Assembly (NCBI GenBank): GCA_038207085.1
Contig: JBBRAE010000018.1
Span: forward strand, 1 to 60,237
Direction: 5' to 3'
DNA: 60,237 bases
Source of the DNA: Armatimonadota bacterium
GTDB lineage: Bacteria > Armatimonadota > UBA5829 > DTLH01
Below, one piece after another: positions 9,209 through 18,274 of this stretch. Numbering within the stretch: position 1 is the first letter of the stretch; each line of letters opens with the position of its first letter. Below the pieces are notes generated by a model that made no database searches, had not been told where the DNA came from, and saw only the letters and a list, made by a program, of their open reading frames with translations. The position numbers and the translations under genes are program-made.

Positions 9209-11719
9209 CTAGCCTATTACTATATTTACCAATCTACCCGGCACTACGACCACGTTTCGGATCGTTTTTCCGTCGAGCATGCTTTTGACTTTGTCGCTCT
9301 CCATCGCCATGCGCTCGACATCCTTGGGGTCAGTGTCGGCGGCGACCGTGAGCTTGTCGCGGAGCTTGCCGTTCACCTGGACTACAATCGTTACCTCGTC
9401 GGCTTTGGCGACTTCGGCGTCGAAGTCCGGCCAGGTGAGGCCGAGCATGAAGCCCTCGTGGCCGAGATCGTGCCAGAGCTCGTCGGTAACGTGCGGGGCC
9501 ATGGGTGACAGCAGCACGAGCATCATCTCGATCGCTTCAGAGAAGACGGCGGTCGGCGCACCCTCGGGCATCGCCTGGACGTACTTGGCGAAGTCGTTTA
9601 GGAGCTCCATCAGAGCGGCGACTGCGGTGTTGAACTGCAGCCCCTCAATGTCAGAGGTCAGCTTCTTGATCGTCTGATGCACCTTGCGGCAGATCGCGCG
9701 GTTCTCGGGAGTCGCGTCCCGCTCTTGTGCGATTTTCTCGCGCCAGGCCTTGTCATAGCGGTCCTCGTTGTCATGGACGAGCCTGAAAATGCGGCTGAGG
9801 AACCGGAACATGCCGTTGATGCCGTCCTCGCTCCACTGGATCGCCTCGGTCATCGGCGCGACAAAGAGCTCGTAGACCCGAAGCGCGTCCGCGCCGAAGC
9901 GCTCGACTACCTCGTCCGGCGTTACGACGTTGCCCTTGCTCTTCGACATCTTGATCCAGACATCGGGCTGCTTGGGGTCGGGCGCAAGGACCATTCCCTG
10001 GTTTCTGAGCGCCTGGAACGGCTCGACAAAGTTGATCAAACCCGCGTCGTGGAGGACTTTGGTCCAAAAGCGCGCATAGAGCAGGTGCATGACCGCGTGC
10101 TCCGCGCCGCCGACGTACAGATCGACCGGCAGCCAGAAGTCCACCAAGTCGCGATCAAACGGGCCGCCGGTGAAGTTCGGGCTCGCAAAGCGCAGGAAAT
10201 ACCAGCTTGAGCAGGCGAAGCCGCCCATCGTATCAGTCTCGCGCTTGGCGGGGCCGCCGCAGTTTGGGCAGGTCGTGTTGACGAACTCAGGGATGTTCGC
10301 AAGCGGCGACTCGCCGGTCCCCGACGGCTCGTAATTCTCGACGTAAGGAAGCTCGACCGGAAGCTGATCATCGGGCACAGCAACCTCGCCACACTTCTCG
10401 CAGTGGATGATCGGAATCGGGCTGCCCCAATAACGCTGTCGGCTGATTAGCCAGTCACGCAGCTTGAAGTTGACCTTGACCTCGCCCACGCCTTTTGCGG
10501 CCATATACTCGGCGATCTTCTTCGCGCCCTGTTTGTTCGGCAGGCCGTCGAACTCGCCCGAGTTGACCATCGTGCCGGACTCGGTCCAGGCTTCGGCGAG
10601 CGGCTCCCCGTTCCAGCCATCGGGAGCGATGACGACGGTGATCGGCAGATCGTAGCTTTTGGCAAAGTCGAAGTCGCGGGTGTCGTGGCCCGGGACGGCC
10701 ATAATCGCGCCCGTTCCGTAGCTTGCGAGCACGTAATCGGCAATATATACGGGCACCTTGCCGCCGTTCATCGGGTTGACCGCGTAAGCGCCGGTCCAGA
10801 CGCCGGTGCGGGTGCGCTCGGTCGAAAGCCGGTCCATCTCGCTTGTCACGCGGGTCTGCTGGACGTATGCGTCGACCTCGGCGCGGTGCTCGGGCGTGGT
10901 GATCTCGTCAACCAGCGGGTGCTCAGGCGCAAGAACGGCGAAGCTCATCCCAAAGACGGTGTCGACGCGGGTCGTGAAGACACGCATCGCTTTGCCGGGA
11001 TGGCCGTCGATAGGCATATCGAACTCGACGCCTTCGCTTCGGCCGATCCAGTTGCGCTGCATCGTCTTGATGGGTTCGGGCCAGTCGATTGTGTCGAGGT
11101 CGTCAATCAATCGATCGGCGTAATCGGTGATCTTGAAGAACCACTGAGGGATGTTGCGCTTCTCGACAAGCGAATCGCACCGCCAGCAGCGCCCGGCCTC
11201 GACCTCTTCGTTAGCGAGAACCGTCGCACACGACGGGCACCAGTTGATCGGCGCGCCGCTTCGATAAGCCAAGCCCCGCTTGTAGAGGAGCAAAAATATC
11301 CATTGGGTCCATTTGTAATAATCGGGTGAGCTTGAGTTGACCTCGCGCGACCAGTCGTAGGACAGGCCGACCAGGTTCATCTGCCGCTTGTAGTTGGCGA
11401 TGTAGCTGGGAACCGTTTTGCTGGGGTGGCTCTTGCGCTTGATCGCCTCGTTCTCAGCGGGCAGCCCGAAGGCGTCCCAACCCATTGGGTGAAGCAGGCT
11501 GAACCCCTTCATCCGTTTGTAGCGGCTGATGACGTCGGTCGGGATGTAGTTGCGACAGTGCCCAACCGAAAGCCCGTTGCCGCTTGGGTAAGGGAAGAAC
11601 TCAAGACAATAGAACTTGGGTTTGTCGGGGTCCTCGACGGCCTTGAACAGGTCCGCATCCCGCCAAGCCTGCTGCCACTTCGCTTCGATTTCCTTCGGTT
11701 CGTAACGCTTATCTGCCAT
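9209..11719 (-). CDS. leuS: Leucine--tRNA ligase
   Basis: FPYPSG, PMGWDAFGLPAEN, editing domain VFTTR.DT..G / GTGAIMAVPGHD.RD, RDWLISRQRYWG, YVGGAEHAVMHLLY, KMSKS and VQVNGKLR. Confidence 0.97.
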   Translation of the reverse strand: MADKRYEPKEIEAKWQQAWRDADLFKAVEDPDKPKFYCLEFFPYPSGNGLSVGHCRNYIPTDVISRYKRMKGFSLLHPMGWDAFGLPAENEAIKRKSHPSKTVPSYIANYKRQMNLVGLSYDWSREVNSSSPDYYKWTQWIFLLLYKRGLAYRSGAPINWCPSCATVLANEEVEAGRCWRCDSLVEKRNIPQWFFKITDYADRLIDDLDTIDWPEPIKTMQRNWIGRSEGVEFDMPIDGHPGKAMRVFTTRVDTVFGMSFAVLAPEHPLVDEITTPEHRAEVDAYVQQTRVTSEMDRLSTERTRTGVWTGAYAVNPMNGGKVPVYIADYVLASYGTGAIMAVPGHDTRDFDFAKSYDLPITVVIAPDGWNGEPLAEAWTESGTMVNSGEFDGLPNKQGAKKIAEYMAAKGVGEVKVNFKLRDWLISRQRYWGSPIPIIHCEKCGEVAVPDDQLPVELPYVENYEPSGTGESPLANIPEFVNTTCPNCGGPAKRETDTMGGFACSSWYFLRFASPNFTGGPFDRDLVDFWLPVDLYVGGAEHAVMHLLYARFWTKVLHDAGLINFVEPFQALRNQGMVLAPDPKQPDVWIKMSKSKGNVVTPDEVVERFGADALRVYELFVAPMTEAIQWSEDGINGMFRFLSRIFRLVHDNEDRYDKAWREKIAQERDATPENRAICRKVHQTIKKLTSDIEGLQFNTAVAALMELLNDFAKYVQAMPEGAPTAVFSEAIEMMLVLLSPMAPHVTDELWHDLGHEGFMLGLTWPDFDAEVAKADEVTIVVQVNGKLRDKLTVAADTDPKDVERMAMESDKVKSMLDGKTIRNVVVVPGRLVNIVIG

Positions 11720-11826
11720 AATCACCACTCTGCCCAAGACAATAAATAGACGGAACCGGGTTATGCCCTGATTCCGTCGAAGTGTCACTATTCCAAGGTG
11801 AATTATATGCCCGCGAGCCCCGAGTG

Positions 11827-12492
11827 TCAAGCAAACTTGCTGACTAAGAAATCCCGCAGCTTCTCCAGCATCTGCTGACGCACCTGATCCAGGCCGTGGT
11901 TTGCTCCCTCGAAGACACAGATCTCTTTGGGGCCGCTTGCTGACTCATGAACGGAAACTGAGCAGGAGACCGGGAGGGTGCTGTCGGCTGAACCGTGAAG
12001 CAGGAGAATCGGCTTGTCTCCGAGTTGGTTTGCGGCCTCTGTGCCGGAACTCTGGGTCGCGACCGTTGCGATGGCTTTTACGTTCTCATGAAGCCCGGCG
12101 TTGATAGCGACTGCCCCACCAAAAGACCACCCCACAAAACCGACTGACTTTATCCCCTGTTCCAGCAGATACTCCACTCCAACCAACGCGTCAAGAACGC
12201 ACTGATCGAGGTCGTTTCGGTGGCGATAGTCGAGTCTGAGCGTGGCAACTCGGTGAGGTGCGACCTCGCGCGCTAGGTCAGCGTAAACCGAGGCAGGGCC
12301 ATCGAACCCACCGCCTGCGCCGCTTACAAGCACAACTCCGGCCCGCGCGCCGGGAACCGGGTGGTATATTGCCTTAAGCTCGCCATCCGAGGTCTCAAAG
12401 GTGACATCTACCGTGCCGTCGCTCTTTTCTCTTTCAAGGACATCGCTTATCTCAATATCGAGCCGTTGTGACTCAGTGGCGCGTTTTCTCAT
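11827..12492 (-). CDS. Alpha/beta hydrolase (dienelactone hydrolase-like)
   Basis: GWSFGG nucleophile elbow, LLLHGSAD and GANH. Confidence 0.8.
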   Translation of the reverse strand: MRKRATESQRLDIEISDVLEREKSDGTVDVTFETSDGELKAIYHPVPGARAGVVLVSGAGGGFDGPASVYADLAREVAPHRVATLRLDYRHRNDLDQCVLDALVGVEYLLEQGIKSVGFVGWSFGGAVAINAGLHENVKAIATVATQSSGTEAANQLGDKPILLLHGSADSTLPVSCSVSVHESASGPKEICVFEGANHGLDQVRQQMLEKLRDFLVSKFA

Positions 12493-12564
12493 TTCCGTTG
12501 CCTCCAAATGGTCGATTACCCGCAGGTTCTCTGGACAAACCAGAGGTATATTCTACCACACGCT

Positions 12565-12593
12565 TTGCTACTGTACAATATATGGTATATAAT
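12565..12593 (+). promoter_or_regulatory. Sigma70-type promoter of vapBC within an AT-rich imperfect palindrome (likely autorepression operator)
   Basis: TTGCTA-17 bp-TATAAT, overlapping TACAATAT...ATATTTGTA. Confidence 0.65.
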
Positions 12594-12614
12594 ATTTGTA
12601 TGAGGTGATGCACA

Positions 12615-12815
12615 GTGAATACCAACATAGACATAGACGACAAACTCATGGACGAGGCTCTGGCACTTGGTGAAGCTCGCACCAAGAAAGCGGTGGTCAA
12701 TGAGGCGCTTGCCGAGTATGTCCTCATCCGAAAGCAGCGCCGCCTGCTCGACCTTTTCGGCACGGTCGACATCGACCCCATTTACGATTACAAGGCTGAG
12801 AGAGGTCGGCGATGA
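12615..12815 (+). CDS. vapB: Type II TA antitoxin, VapB family
   Basis: MNTNIDIDDKLMDEAL...TKKAVVNEAL pattern; ATGA overlap with the PIN gene. Confidence 0.88.
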   Translation: MNTNIDIDDKLMDEALALGEARTKKAVVNEALAEYVLIRKQRRLLDLFGTVDIDPIYDYKAERGRR

Positions 12816-13210
12816 ACGTGCTTGTGGACACATCGGTATGGTCGCTCGTGCTGCGTAGGAACTCACCGCAGGACGACCCCAAGGCGCAGCAACTCAGAGA
12901 ACTGATCGAACAGGGGCACTCCATTCACATCCTCGGGACCATACTTCAAGAAATACTGGAGGGAATTCGCAACCCGGCCGATTTTGATCGTATCAAGACC
13001 CATCTGCAGGCGCTTCCGATGATCTATCCGACCGCCGAGGATTACGTCGCAGCGGCAGAGCTTTGGAGCCTCTGCATGTCACGTGGCGTACAGCTCGGCA
13101 CCGTCTACGCGCAGATCGCCACAGTCTGCATCAGGCGCGATATGGCACTGCTTACGTCAGATCAGGATTTTGTTCACGCCGCTGGGGTGTGCCCATTGAA
13201 GCTCGTTTAG
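12812..13210 (+). CDS. vapC: Type II TA toxin, VapC PIN-domain ribonuclease
   Basis: VLVDTSVW, ILQEIL.G and LLTSDQDF. The usual third acidic position reads TVYAQI rather than TIDAxI. Confidence 0.88.
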   Translation: MNVLVDTSVWSLVLRRNSPQDDPKAQQLRELIEQGHSIHILGTILQEILEGIRNPADFDRIKTHLQALPMIYPTAEDYVAAAELWSLCMSRGVQLGTVYAQIATVCIRRDMALLTSDQDFVHAAGVCPLKLV

Positions 13211-13258
13211 TATACATGCTGCGAAATGGTGCCATAATTCAGATAGGAAGCGGTTCGT

Positions 13259-13510
13259 ATGATTACAGTTACTATTTCCGACAAAGGACAGATAACACTA
13301 CCTGCCGCGATACGCAGAAAGCTGGGGCTTGACCCTCATCACAAGGTGGAACTCGTGGCCGGCGAGAACGAGATCACTTTGCGCCCGGTGAAGAAGCTGA
13401 GTGAGCTATATGGGGTGTTCCAGAAGCACGCGCTGAATGTTACGGAAGACTGGGAAACGGTTCGAACCAAGACTGAGGGAGCAATCACGCGGGAGGTGGC
13501 AGGTGGCTGA
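13259..13510 (+). CDS. AbrB/MazE/SpoVT-family antitoxin-like DNA-binding protein
   Basis: TISDKGQITLPAAIRRKLGL...ITLRP. Confidence 0.85.
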   Translation: MITVTISDKGQITLPAAIRRKLGLDPHHKVELVAGENEITLRPVKKLSELYGVFQKHALNVTEDWETVRTKTEGAITREVAGG

Positions 13511-13599
13511 AGAACCACCCAGAACAGTCGACAAGCGCTCGATTCATTCTGCAGGCAATCGAACTTGTCGCGACCATCGACCCTGTAGTGCCGAGTTGA
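13503..13599 (+). pseudogene. Possible deleted remnant of a PIN toxin gene
   Basis: A GTG overlapping the antitoxin end gives VAEEPPRTVD; a shifted frame gives ARFILQAIELVATIDPVV, like PIN helix-strand segments. Confidence 0.4.
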
Positions 13600-13614
13600 G
13601 AGCGTCTCAGGCGA

Positions 13615-14637
13615 CTAAAGACTTATCCGATACTTGCGCTTGATCCGCACGCTTCGGGGCTCGCCGTTTTGGACAGCTGGCTTGTAATGGAGTTTGGCGA
13701 CGGCGTCTCTGACGGCTTTGTCGAGCGATTTTATGCCGGAACCGTCGGTGACCTCGATGTCGCTTACGCCGCCGTCGGTGTCGACGGTGTAGCGGACCCA
13801 GACCGTGTAGTCGCCGGAGTCTTCGATGTCGGGGAGCTTGACAGAGGTGTCTTTGACGAGCTCGGGCTCGCTTCGGTCGGCCAAGCGGTTGATGTGGACG
13901 GGCTCGGGGGCCTTGCAGCGGTCGCAGCGGTTCGTCGGCTCGTTGCCCTCTCTAAACGATCTCGTGTCTTTGTTGTCGCAGTAGCGGCCCGGCAGGTCGC
14001 CTGAGACGGCGCACACCGTGACTGATACTGTTCTCGCAGGCGGAGGGGTGACCGGTGCAGGCGAGGAATGCGTGCCGGGGCCGTCGTCGGCGGGCTTGGG
14101 GTCGGGTGTGCCGACTCCAGCTCCCGTGCCTGAACCCGCACCTGAGCCGCCGGAGTTGCTCGGGACCCAGCCGACCGGGGTCGTGCCGCTTGGGACGTAT
14201 CCCATATCCTGACCATGATCACTCGTGCCGACTTTCAGATCGCCTCCGGGGTTGCCGGGGGTCGAGTTGGCGGGAGCGTTCGCGTGCGTCCCAGAATAGC
14301 TTGGTCTAGCCGACGTAGTACGAGGCCGCTGATGCTGATACTGAGATGGTCGGACCGGCACGGGCTTGGGAGGGGTCTTGTCGACCACCATCTTGCTCAC
14401 CGGCGGAACGTAAGGGATGTCCGCCTTAGCCTGAGCGGCCTCTGCCGGTTTCGGAGCGTCGGGTTTGTTCGCCTCGACTGCAATCTGGTCCGGGGTCTTC
14501 ACAAGGTCGACGCGCACGATTTTTAGCTGATCGACGGTGATCGGCTTGGCGGCGGACGTTCGCCCGACCAGCACAAGCACGAAGACGTGGACCAGTATGC
14601 TTCCCAATATTGTGTATGTAAGCAGTTTATCGCGCAT
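13615..14637 (-). CDS. tonB: TonB-family energy transducer with Pro/Gly-rich linker and an internal 4-Cys module
   Basis: TM anchor SILVH, Pro-rich linker, TonB C-domain (V.YTVDTDGGVSDIEV..GSG...LD.A...A...YKPAVQNGEP); downstream of exbBD. Confidence 0.85.
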   Translation of the reverse strand: MRDKLLTYTILGSILVHVFVLVLVGRTSAAKPITVDQLKIVRVDLVKTPDQIAVEANKPDAPKPAEAAQAKADIPYVPPVSKMVVDKTPPKPVPVRPSQYQHQRPRTTSARPSYSGTHANAPANSTPGNPGGDLKVGTSDHGQDMGYVPSGTTPVGWVPSNSGGSGAGSGTGAGVGTPDPKPADDGPGTHSSPAPVTPPPARTVSVTVCAVSGDLPGRYCDNKDTRSFREGNEPTNRCDRCKAPEPVHINRLADRSEPELVKDTSVKLPDIEDSGDYTVWVRYTVDTDGGVSDIEVTDGSGIKSLDKAVRDAVAKLHYKPAVQNGEPRSVRIKRKYRISL

Positions 14638-14665
14638 GTCTTTGTTGGGGGATGGGGCCCGTCGA

Positions 14666-14826
14666 CGTTGGCCCGGATTTGCAATCCGGGCCTTCTTGGC
14701 AGTCAAGGGATCTGTGATCCCGTTCTTTCGTCCGTGCCCAATCTACCGGCATCACAGATGCCTATTCTGCCAGATCGTCCCGGATCACAGATCCGGACGG
14801 ACAGTTGGTACAGATCCGGACGAACG
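14666..14826. repeat. REPIN-like element (family B) matching the flanks of the RAYT at 53286-53840
   Basis: Four hairpins of CCGGATTTGCAATCCGG / GGGATCTGTGATCCC type; homologous to 18275-18410, 53122-53201 and 53856-53913. Confidence 0.85.
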
Positions 14827-14851
14827 TACACCAACCCCTATCCCCTATCCT

Positions 14852-15268
14852 CTAACCCCTTCTCTCCGATTTCGGTTCTGTCGCAATGGTCAGAAGCTCG
14901 GCGCCGGCGCGTTTGGCTTCGTCGGCGAGCTCGATTCCCTTCTGCCATGACTGTTTCTTGTCACAGTTGATGACGACAACGAGCTTGGGGTTTTCGACTA
15001 CCCTGGCCTTGATCTCCGGGTAGACCGCCCCAAAGGCGACTTCTTTCTTGTCGATGTAGTACCGCCCGGTTTCGGTGAGCGTCAGCACCACCTTGACCAT
15101 CGGACGGTCTTTGGCGGCGGAGGTCTTCGGCAGGTTCACCGGCATCCCCTTCATGGTCGTCATCGCAAGCGAGGCGATCATGAAGAACACGAGCAGAAAG
15201 AAGATCGTGTCGATCATCGGGATGATCTCGATTCGGGCCTTTTTAGGCTGAGAGCGTTTTAATCTCAT
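14852..15268 (-). CDS. exbD: Biopolymer transport protein ExbD/TolR
   Basis: IEIIPMIDTIFFLLVFFMI, VNLPK and VVINCDK. Confidence 0.92.
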   Translation of the reverse strand: MRLKRSQPKKARIEIIPMIDTIFFLLVFFMIASLAMTTMKGMPVNLPKTSAAKDRPMVKVVLTLTETGRYYIDKKEVAFGAVYPEIKARVVENPKLVVVINCDKKQSWQKGIELADEAKRAGAELLTIATEPKSERRG

Positions 15269-15902
15269 TCCGTCGCTCCTGAACATCGGCGATGACGTTG
15301 GTCATCTGAGTGGCGCGCATCTCCATGTCCTCGACGCAGCGCTTAACACTCTCTGTGAGGTAATTGTAGGAAACGAGCGTCACAATAGCGATAGTAAGAC
15401 CGGTAGCCGTCGCGATAAGCGCCTCGGCTACGCCGCCTGTAATCGCGGTCGGCGCGCTCATCCCAACCTTGGAGCTTATCACATGGAACGACCCGATCAT
15501 ACCCGTGACCGTCCCAAGCAGCCCAAGGAGCGGGGCGATGGTGATGACCGTGTCGAGGACGCCGAGGCGGCTCTGAAGAGTCGATGTTTCGCGCATCGCC
15601 TGCTCCTCCATCGCGCGCTCGACGTGATCGAGGTTGCCCCGGATGCTCCGAAGCCCTGCGGCAATCACACGACCGACAGACGAGTCATGCGACTCGCACT
15701 CCTCTACGGCCTTGTCTATCCGACCGGAAAATACCAAGTCTTCCGTGTCGTGGATCAGCCTCGACGTGTCCTTGGAGGCGGCTTTCAGCTTGAAATAGCG
15801 CTCAAAGACCACCGCAAGCGACACGACCGAACAACCCACAAGCGGAATCATGACAGGCCCACCCTTGACCAGAAAGGCGAATGCGTCCGCAAACCAACCC
15901 AT
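15243..15902 (-). CDS. exbB: MotA/TolQ/ExbB proton channel protein
   Basis: GGPVMIPL, IAPLLGLLGTVTGMI.SF and GGVAEALIATATGL. Confidence 0.92.
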   Translation of the reverse strand: MGWFADAFAFLVKGGPVMIPLVGCSVVSLAVVFERYFKLKAASKDTSRLIHDTEDLVFSGRIDKAVEECESHDSSVGRVIAAGLRSIRGNLDHVERAMEEQAMRETSTLQSRLGVLDTVITIAPLLGLLGTVTGMIGSFHVISSKVGMSAPTAITGGVAEALIATATGLTIAIVTLVSYNYLTESVKRCVEDMEMRATQMTNVIADVQERRNEIKTLSA

Positions 15903-15974
15903 GTTGCATCTTCTCCCAGCTTAGCTATTTCTGAGCCAACTCACGTTATTCATCACTGACGTTCAGAATGACAA

Positions 15975-16054
15975 TAGCCCGCTTTATTCTTGAAGCGAAT
16001 AAAGCTCTTGCTAAGAGAGCATTATTCACGCTTCTCGTGAATAATGCGGGATAG
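15975..16054 (+). mobile_element. CTAG-targeting two-hairpin MITE, full copy
   Basis: TAGCCCGCTTTATTC..GAATAAAGC...GCATTATTCACG..CGTGAATAATGCGGGATAG. Confidence 0.8.
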
Positions 16055-16240
16055 GTTGGACCCAGTAACAATTCTCTGTTCTTTACAGTTGAATTATCGG
16101 CAAAACTACCAGGAAATTAGAGGTTACTTCTTGAGGATTAGCATGCGGGTTAATTCTATTCATGGATGGCTGCGGAGACCCAAGTCAAATCCGCTCGGCC
16201 AGATGTGGACTTGACCAGGTCTCCGCAACGCGTCTGTGCC

Positions 16241-16278
16241 CTAGCCCGCTTTATTCGTGAAGCCAAATAAAGCGCTAG
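16241..16278 (+). mobile_element. CTAG-targeting MITE, short (single hairpin) copy
   Basis: CTAGCCCGCTTTATTCGTGAAGCCAAATAAAGCGCTAG; the right CTAG supplies the stop of ORF 16275-17195. Confidence 0.75.
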
Positions 16279-17195
16279 AAGTTGCTGTCCGGAGGGGCAA
16301 GCAACGTCGGTGTATCCATTCCAGCCATAGAGTAGAGCGGCGCGCCAGTCATCGTGCGAAGCGTCATGAACCGGTTTGATTGGCTGACGCTTGTAGCGAC
16401 GATGTAGCTCGTGCCGTTCATCTGAACGCTCGACCCGGTAACTGTGAGCGGGTTGTTGCGATCAATGCCGATGCCGTTTGCCGCAAACAGACCGACAGGC
16501 CCAAGCAAGACCCGCTTGCTGCCGCTTGTGGCGGTGAACGGCTGAATGGTGGCTACCACAAAGGGCACATTCGACTCGTTGGTCATAATAGTGTCAGTAC
16601 CGACGATCCTTCCGCTCACTCTGACGATGTTGTCAGGGTTGAACATAATGGCCATCGGCTGAGCTGGCCCCGCTCCAACTGGCGGAGCAGTAGTCATAGG
16701 TTGCGCCGGCATCACTCTGGTAGGTGGAGCCGGAACCTCAGTTGGCATTGTTGTCACAGGCATCATTGTAGTGGGCGGCGTAGGAACCATCTGCCCGTTG
16801 GCCCACATCGGGGAACCCGAAGCAGACCTGAAAGCAAACGTCCTGCCACCGCTCATGACGCTTGAGGCAACCATGTAGTTCTGCCCCACAACTATTCTCC
16901 GGGACGCGGTGACTGTGATATTATCTCCCGGTTTGATGCCCATGTTGAGTTGGTTGTTATACCAGCCGGGCCCAAGGAATACCGTATACGGAACTCCACC
17001 GGAAGAGATAACCACAGCCTGAGGACCCATAGACGGGTTGGCGGGGTTGTAGTCGATGGTTGAGATTACTGTCCCTGACACCGTTGAAACGGTCTGCGGA
17101 TCATACCACAGATCGAAATTGGCCTGAGCCACGGCAAACACCGGGACAAGCAATAATGCAACCACCAGTGCAGCGAAGAAAGCTCTCTTCTCCAT
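16275..17195 (-). CDS. Secreted protein with two OB-fold-like domains and a Pro/Thr/Met linker
   Basis: Signal peptide; YDPQTVSTVSGTV...VFLGPGWY...IKPGDNITVTAS...MVASSV, followed by a second similar repeat; paralogue of the next gene. Confidence 0.75.
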   Translation of the reverse strand: MEKRAFFAALVVALLLVPVFAVAQANFDLWYDPQTVSTVSGTVISTIDYNPANPSMGPQAVVISSGGVPYTVFLGPGWYNNQLNMGIKPGDNITVTASRRIVVGQNYMVASSVMSGGRTFAFRSASGSPMWANGQMVPTPPTTMMPVTTMPTEVPAPPTRVMPAQPMTTAPPVGAGPAQPMAIMFNPDNIVRVSGRIVGTDTIMTNESNVPFVVATIQPFTATSGSKRVLLGPVGLFAANGIGIDRNNPLTVTGSSVQMNGTSYIVATSVSQSNRFMTLRTMTGAPLYSMAGMDTPTLLAPPDSNF

Positions 17196-17233
17196 TGCCT
17201 ATACTCCTTGTTACAGTCGATAATCGTCGAAGC

Positions 17234-17290
17234 TCGCTTCCATTGAAGCTACAATCTCTTTACCCGCGCCACATGCGAATCAAAAGCTGG
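17234..17290 (-). promoter_or_regulatory. Duplicated alternative-sigma-like promoter module, copy 1
   Basis: CCAGCTTT-N17-GGGTAAAG-N4-TGTAGCTTCAATGGAAGCGA on the minus strand; same layout at 18131-18187. Confidence 0.6.
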
Positions 17291-17317
17291 TCAGCGTCAA
17301 ACGATTCCGCTCCATCG

Positions 17318-18094
17318 CTAAAACGCAGCTCCCGCCAGGGGAGTCACGGGAAATACCGGCGTCCCCTGGATCATCCGAAGCTGAACTACATCGGTCCTCT
17401 GCCCGACCGTCGTCGCGACAAGCGCCCTCTCTCCGTTCAACTTCACACGCGCCCCAGTGACGACGATAAACGCCCCGCGAGCGACACCGATACCCTTCTG
17501 CGAAAGATAAGAATCCGGGGCAAGGACCACCTGCCAAAGGCTGCCGGTGTCAGAGGCCCGAACGGTCGTGACCCGGTAAGGAACGGTCGACTCGGTTGTT
17601 TGAAGGAGCGAACTGCTGATGATCATGCCGTCGATGTTTTCAAGCGTGGTGCTGTAGGGCAGGTCTATCGCAACCATACCCGCACCCGCAGGCGGCAGGT
17701 AGTTGGACTGAACACCCCAAAGCGGTATCCCGTTGCTCGTGCGCAGAGCGAAAGTCCGTCCACCAGAGGTAACGGTCGATGCGACGAGGTACTGAGAACC
17801 CATAACAATCCTGCGGGAAGCGGTGACGGAGATCACCTCGCCTGTCCTAAGCCCCGAGGCGAACTGGTTCACATACCACCCCGGTCCAAGAAACACGGTC
17901 TGCGCAACCCCACCTGATGAGATCACTACAGCCTGCGGGCCGGCCGCGGGGTTCGCGGGGTTGTAGAAGATGGGCGAAAGCACCGTTCCCGTAACGGTGG
18001 TGACCGTCTGCGGATCATACTGAAGGTCGAAGTTGTTCTGCGCGCTTGCCAGGATGGGAATCAGGAGCAGCGCGAAAATCAAGTGTCTTTTCAT
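17318..18094 (-). CDS. Secreted protein with two OB-fold-like domains (paralogue of 16275-17195)
   Basis: MKRHLIFALLLIPILASA signal; NFDLQYDPQTVTTVTGTV...GPQAVVISSGGV..TVFLGPGWY is nearly identical to the neighbour. Confidence 0.75.
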   Translation of the reverse strand: MKRHLIFALLLIPILASAQNNFDLQYDPQTVTTVTGTVLSPIFYNPANPAAGPQAVVISSGGVAQTVFLGPGWYVNQFASGLRTGEVISVTASRRIVMGSQYLVASTVTSGGRTFALRTSNGIPLWGVQSNYLPPAGAGMVAIDLPYSTTLENIDGMIISSSLLQTTESTVPYRVTTVRASDTGSLWQVVLAPDSYLSQKGIGVARGAFIVVTGARVKLNGERALVATTVGQRTDVVQLRMIQGTPVFPVTPLAGAAF

Positions 18095-18130
18095 TGCTAT
18101 CACACCTCAAGATCCGGCGGATGCCAGTGT

Positions 18131-18187
18131 TCGCTTCATTTGAAGCCACACTAGCTTTACCCCTCTATCGATCGGTGCGAAAGCTGG
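18131..18187 (-). promoter_or_regulatory. Duplicated alternative-sigma-like promoter module, copy 2
   Basis: CCAGCTTT-N17-GGGTAAAG-N4-TGTGGCTTCAAATGAAGCGA. Confidence 0.6.
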
Positions 18188-18274
18188 ACGGGAGTAACAA
18201 GTTGCTTACACGTTAGTGGGAGGCAGTGCAAAATGCAAATTCTGAAACAGGAGACTGGTGGTCACTCACCCACT

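Noticed and set aside
16275..18094. Magnetosome island (MamS/MamX-like domains)
   Set aside because: There are no CxxCH motifs and no other mam genes; this OB fold is widespread.
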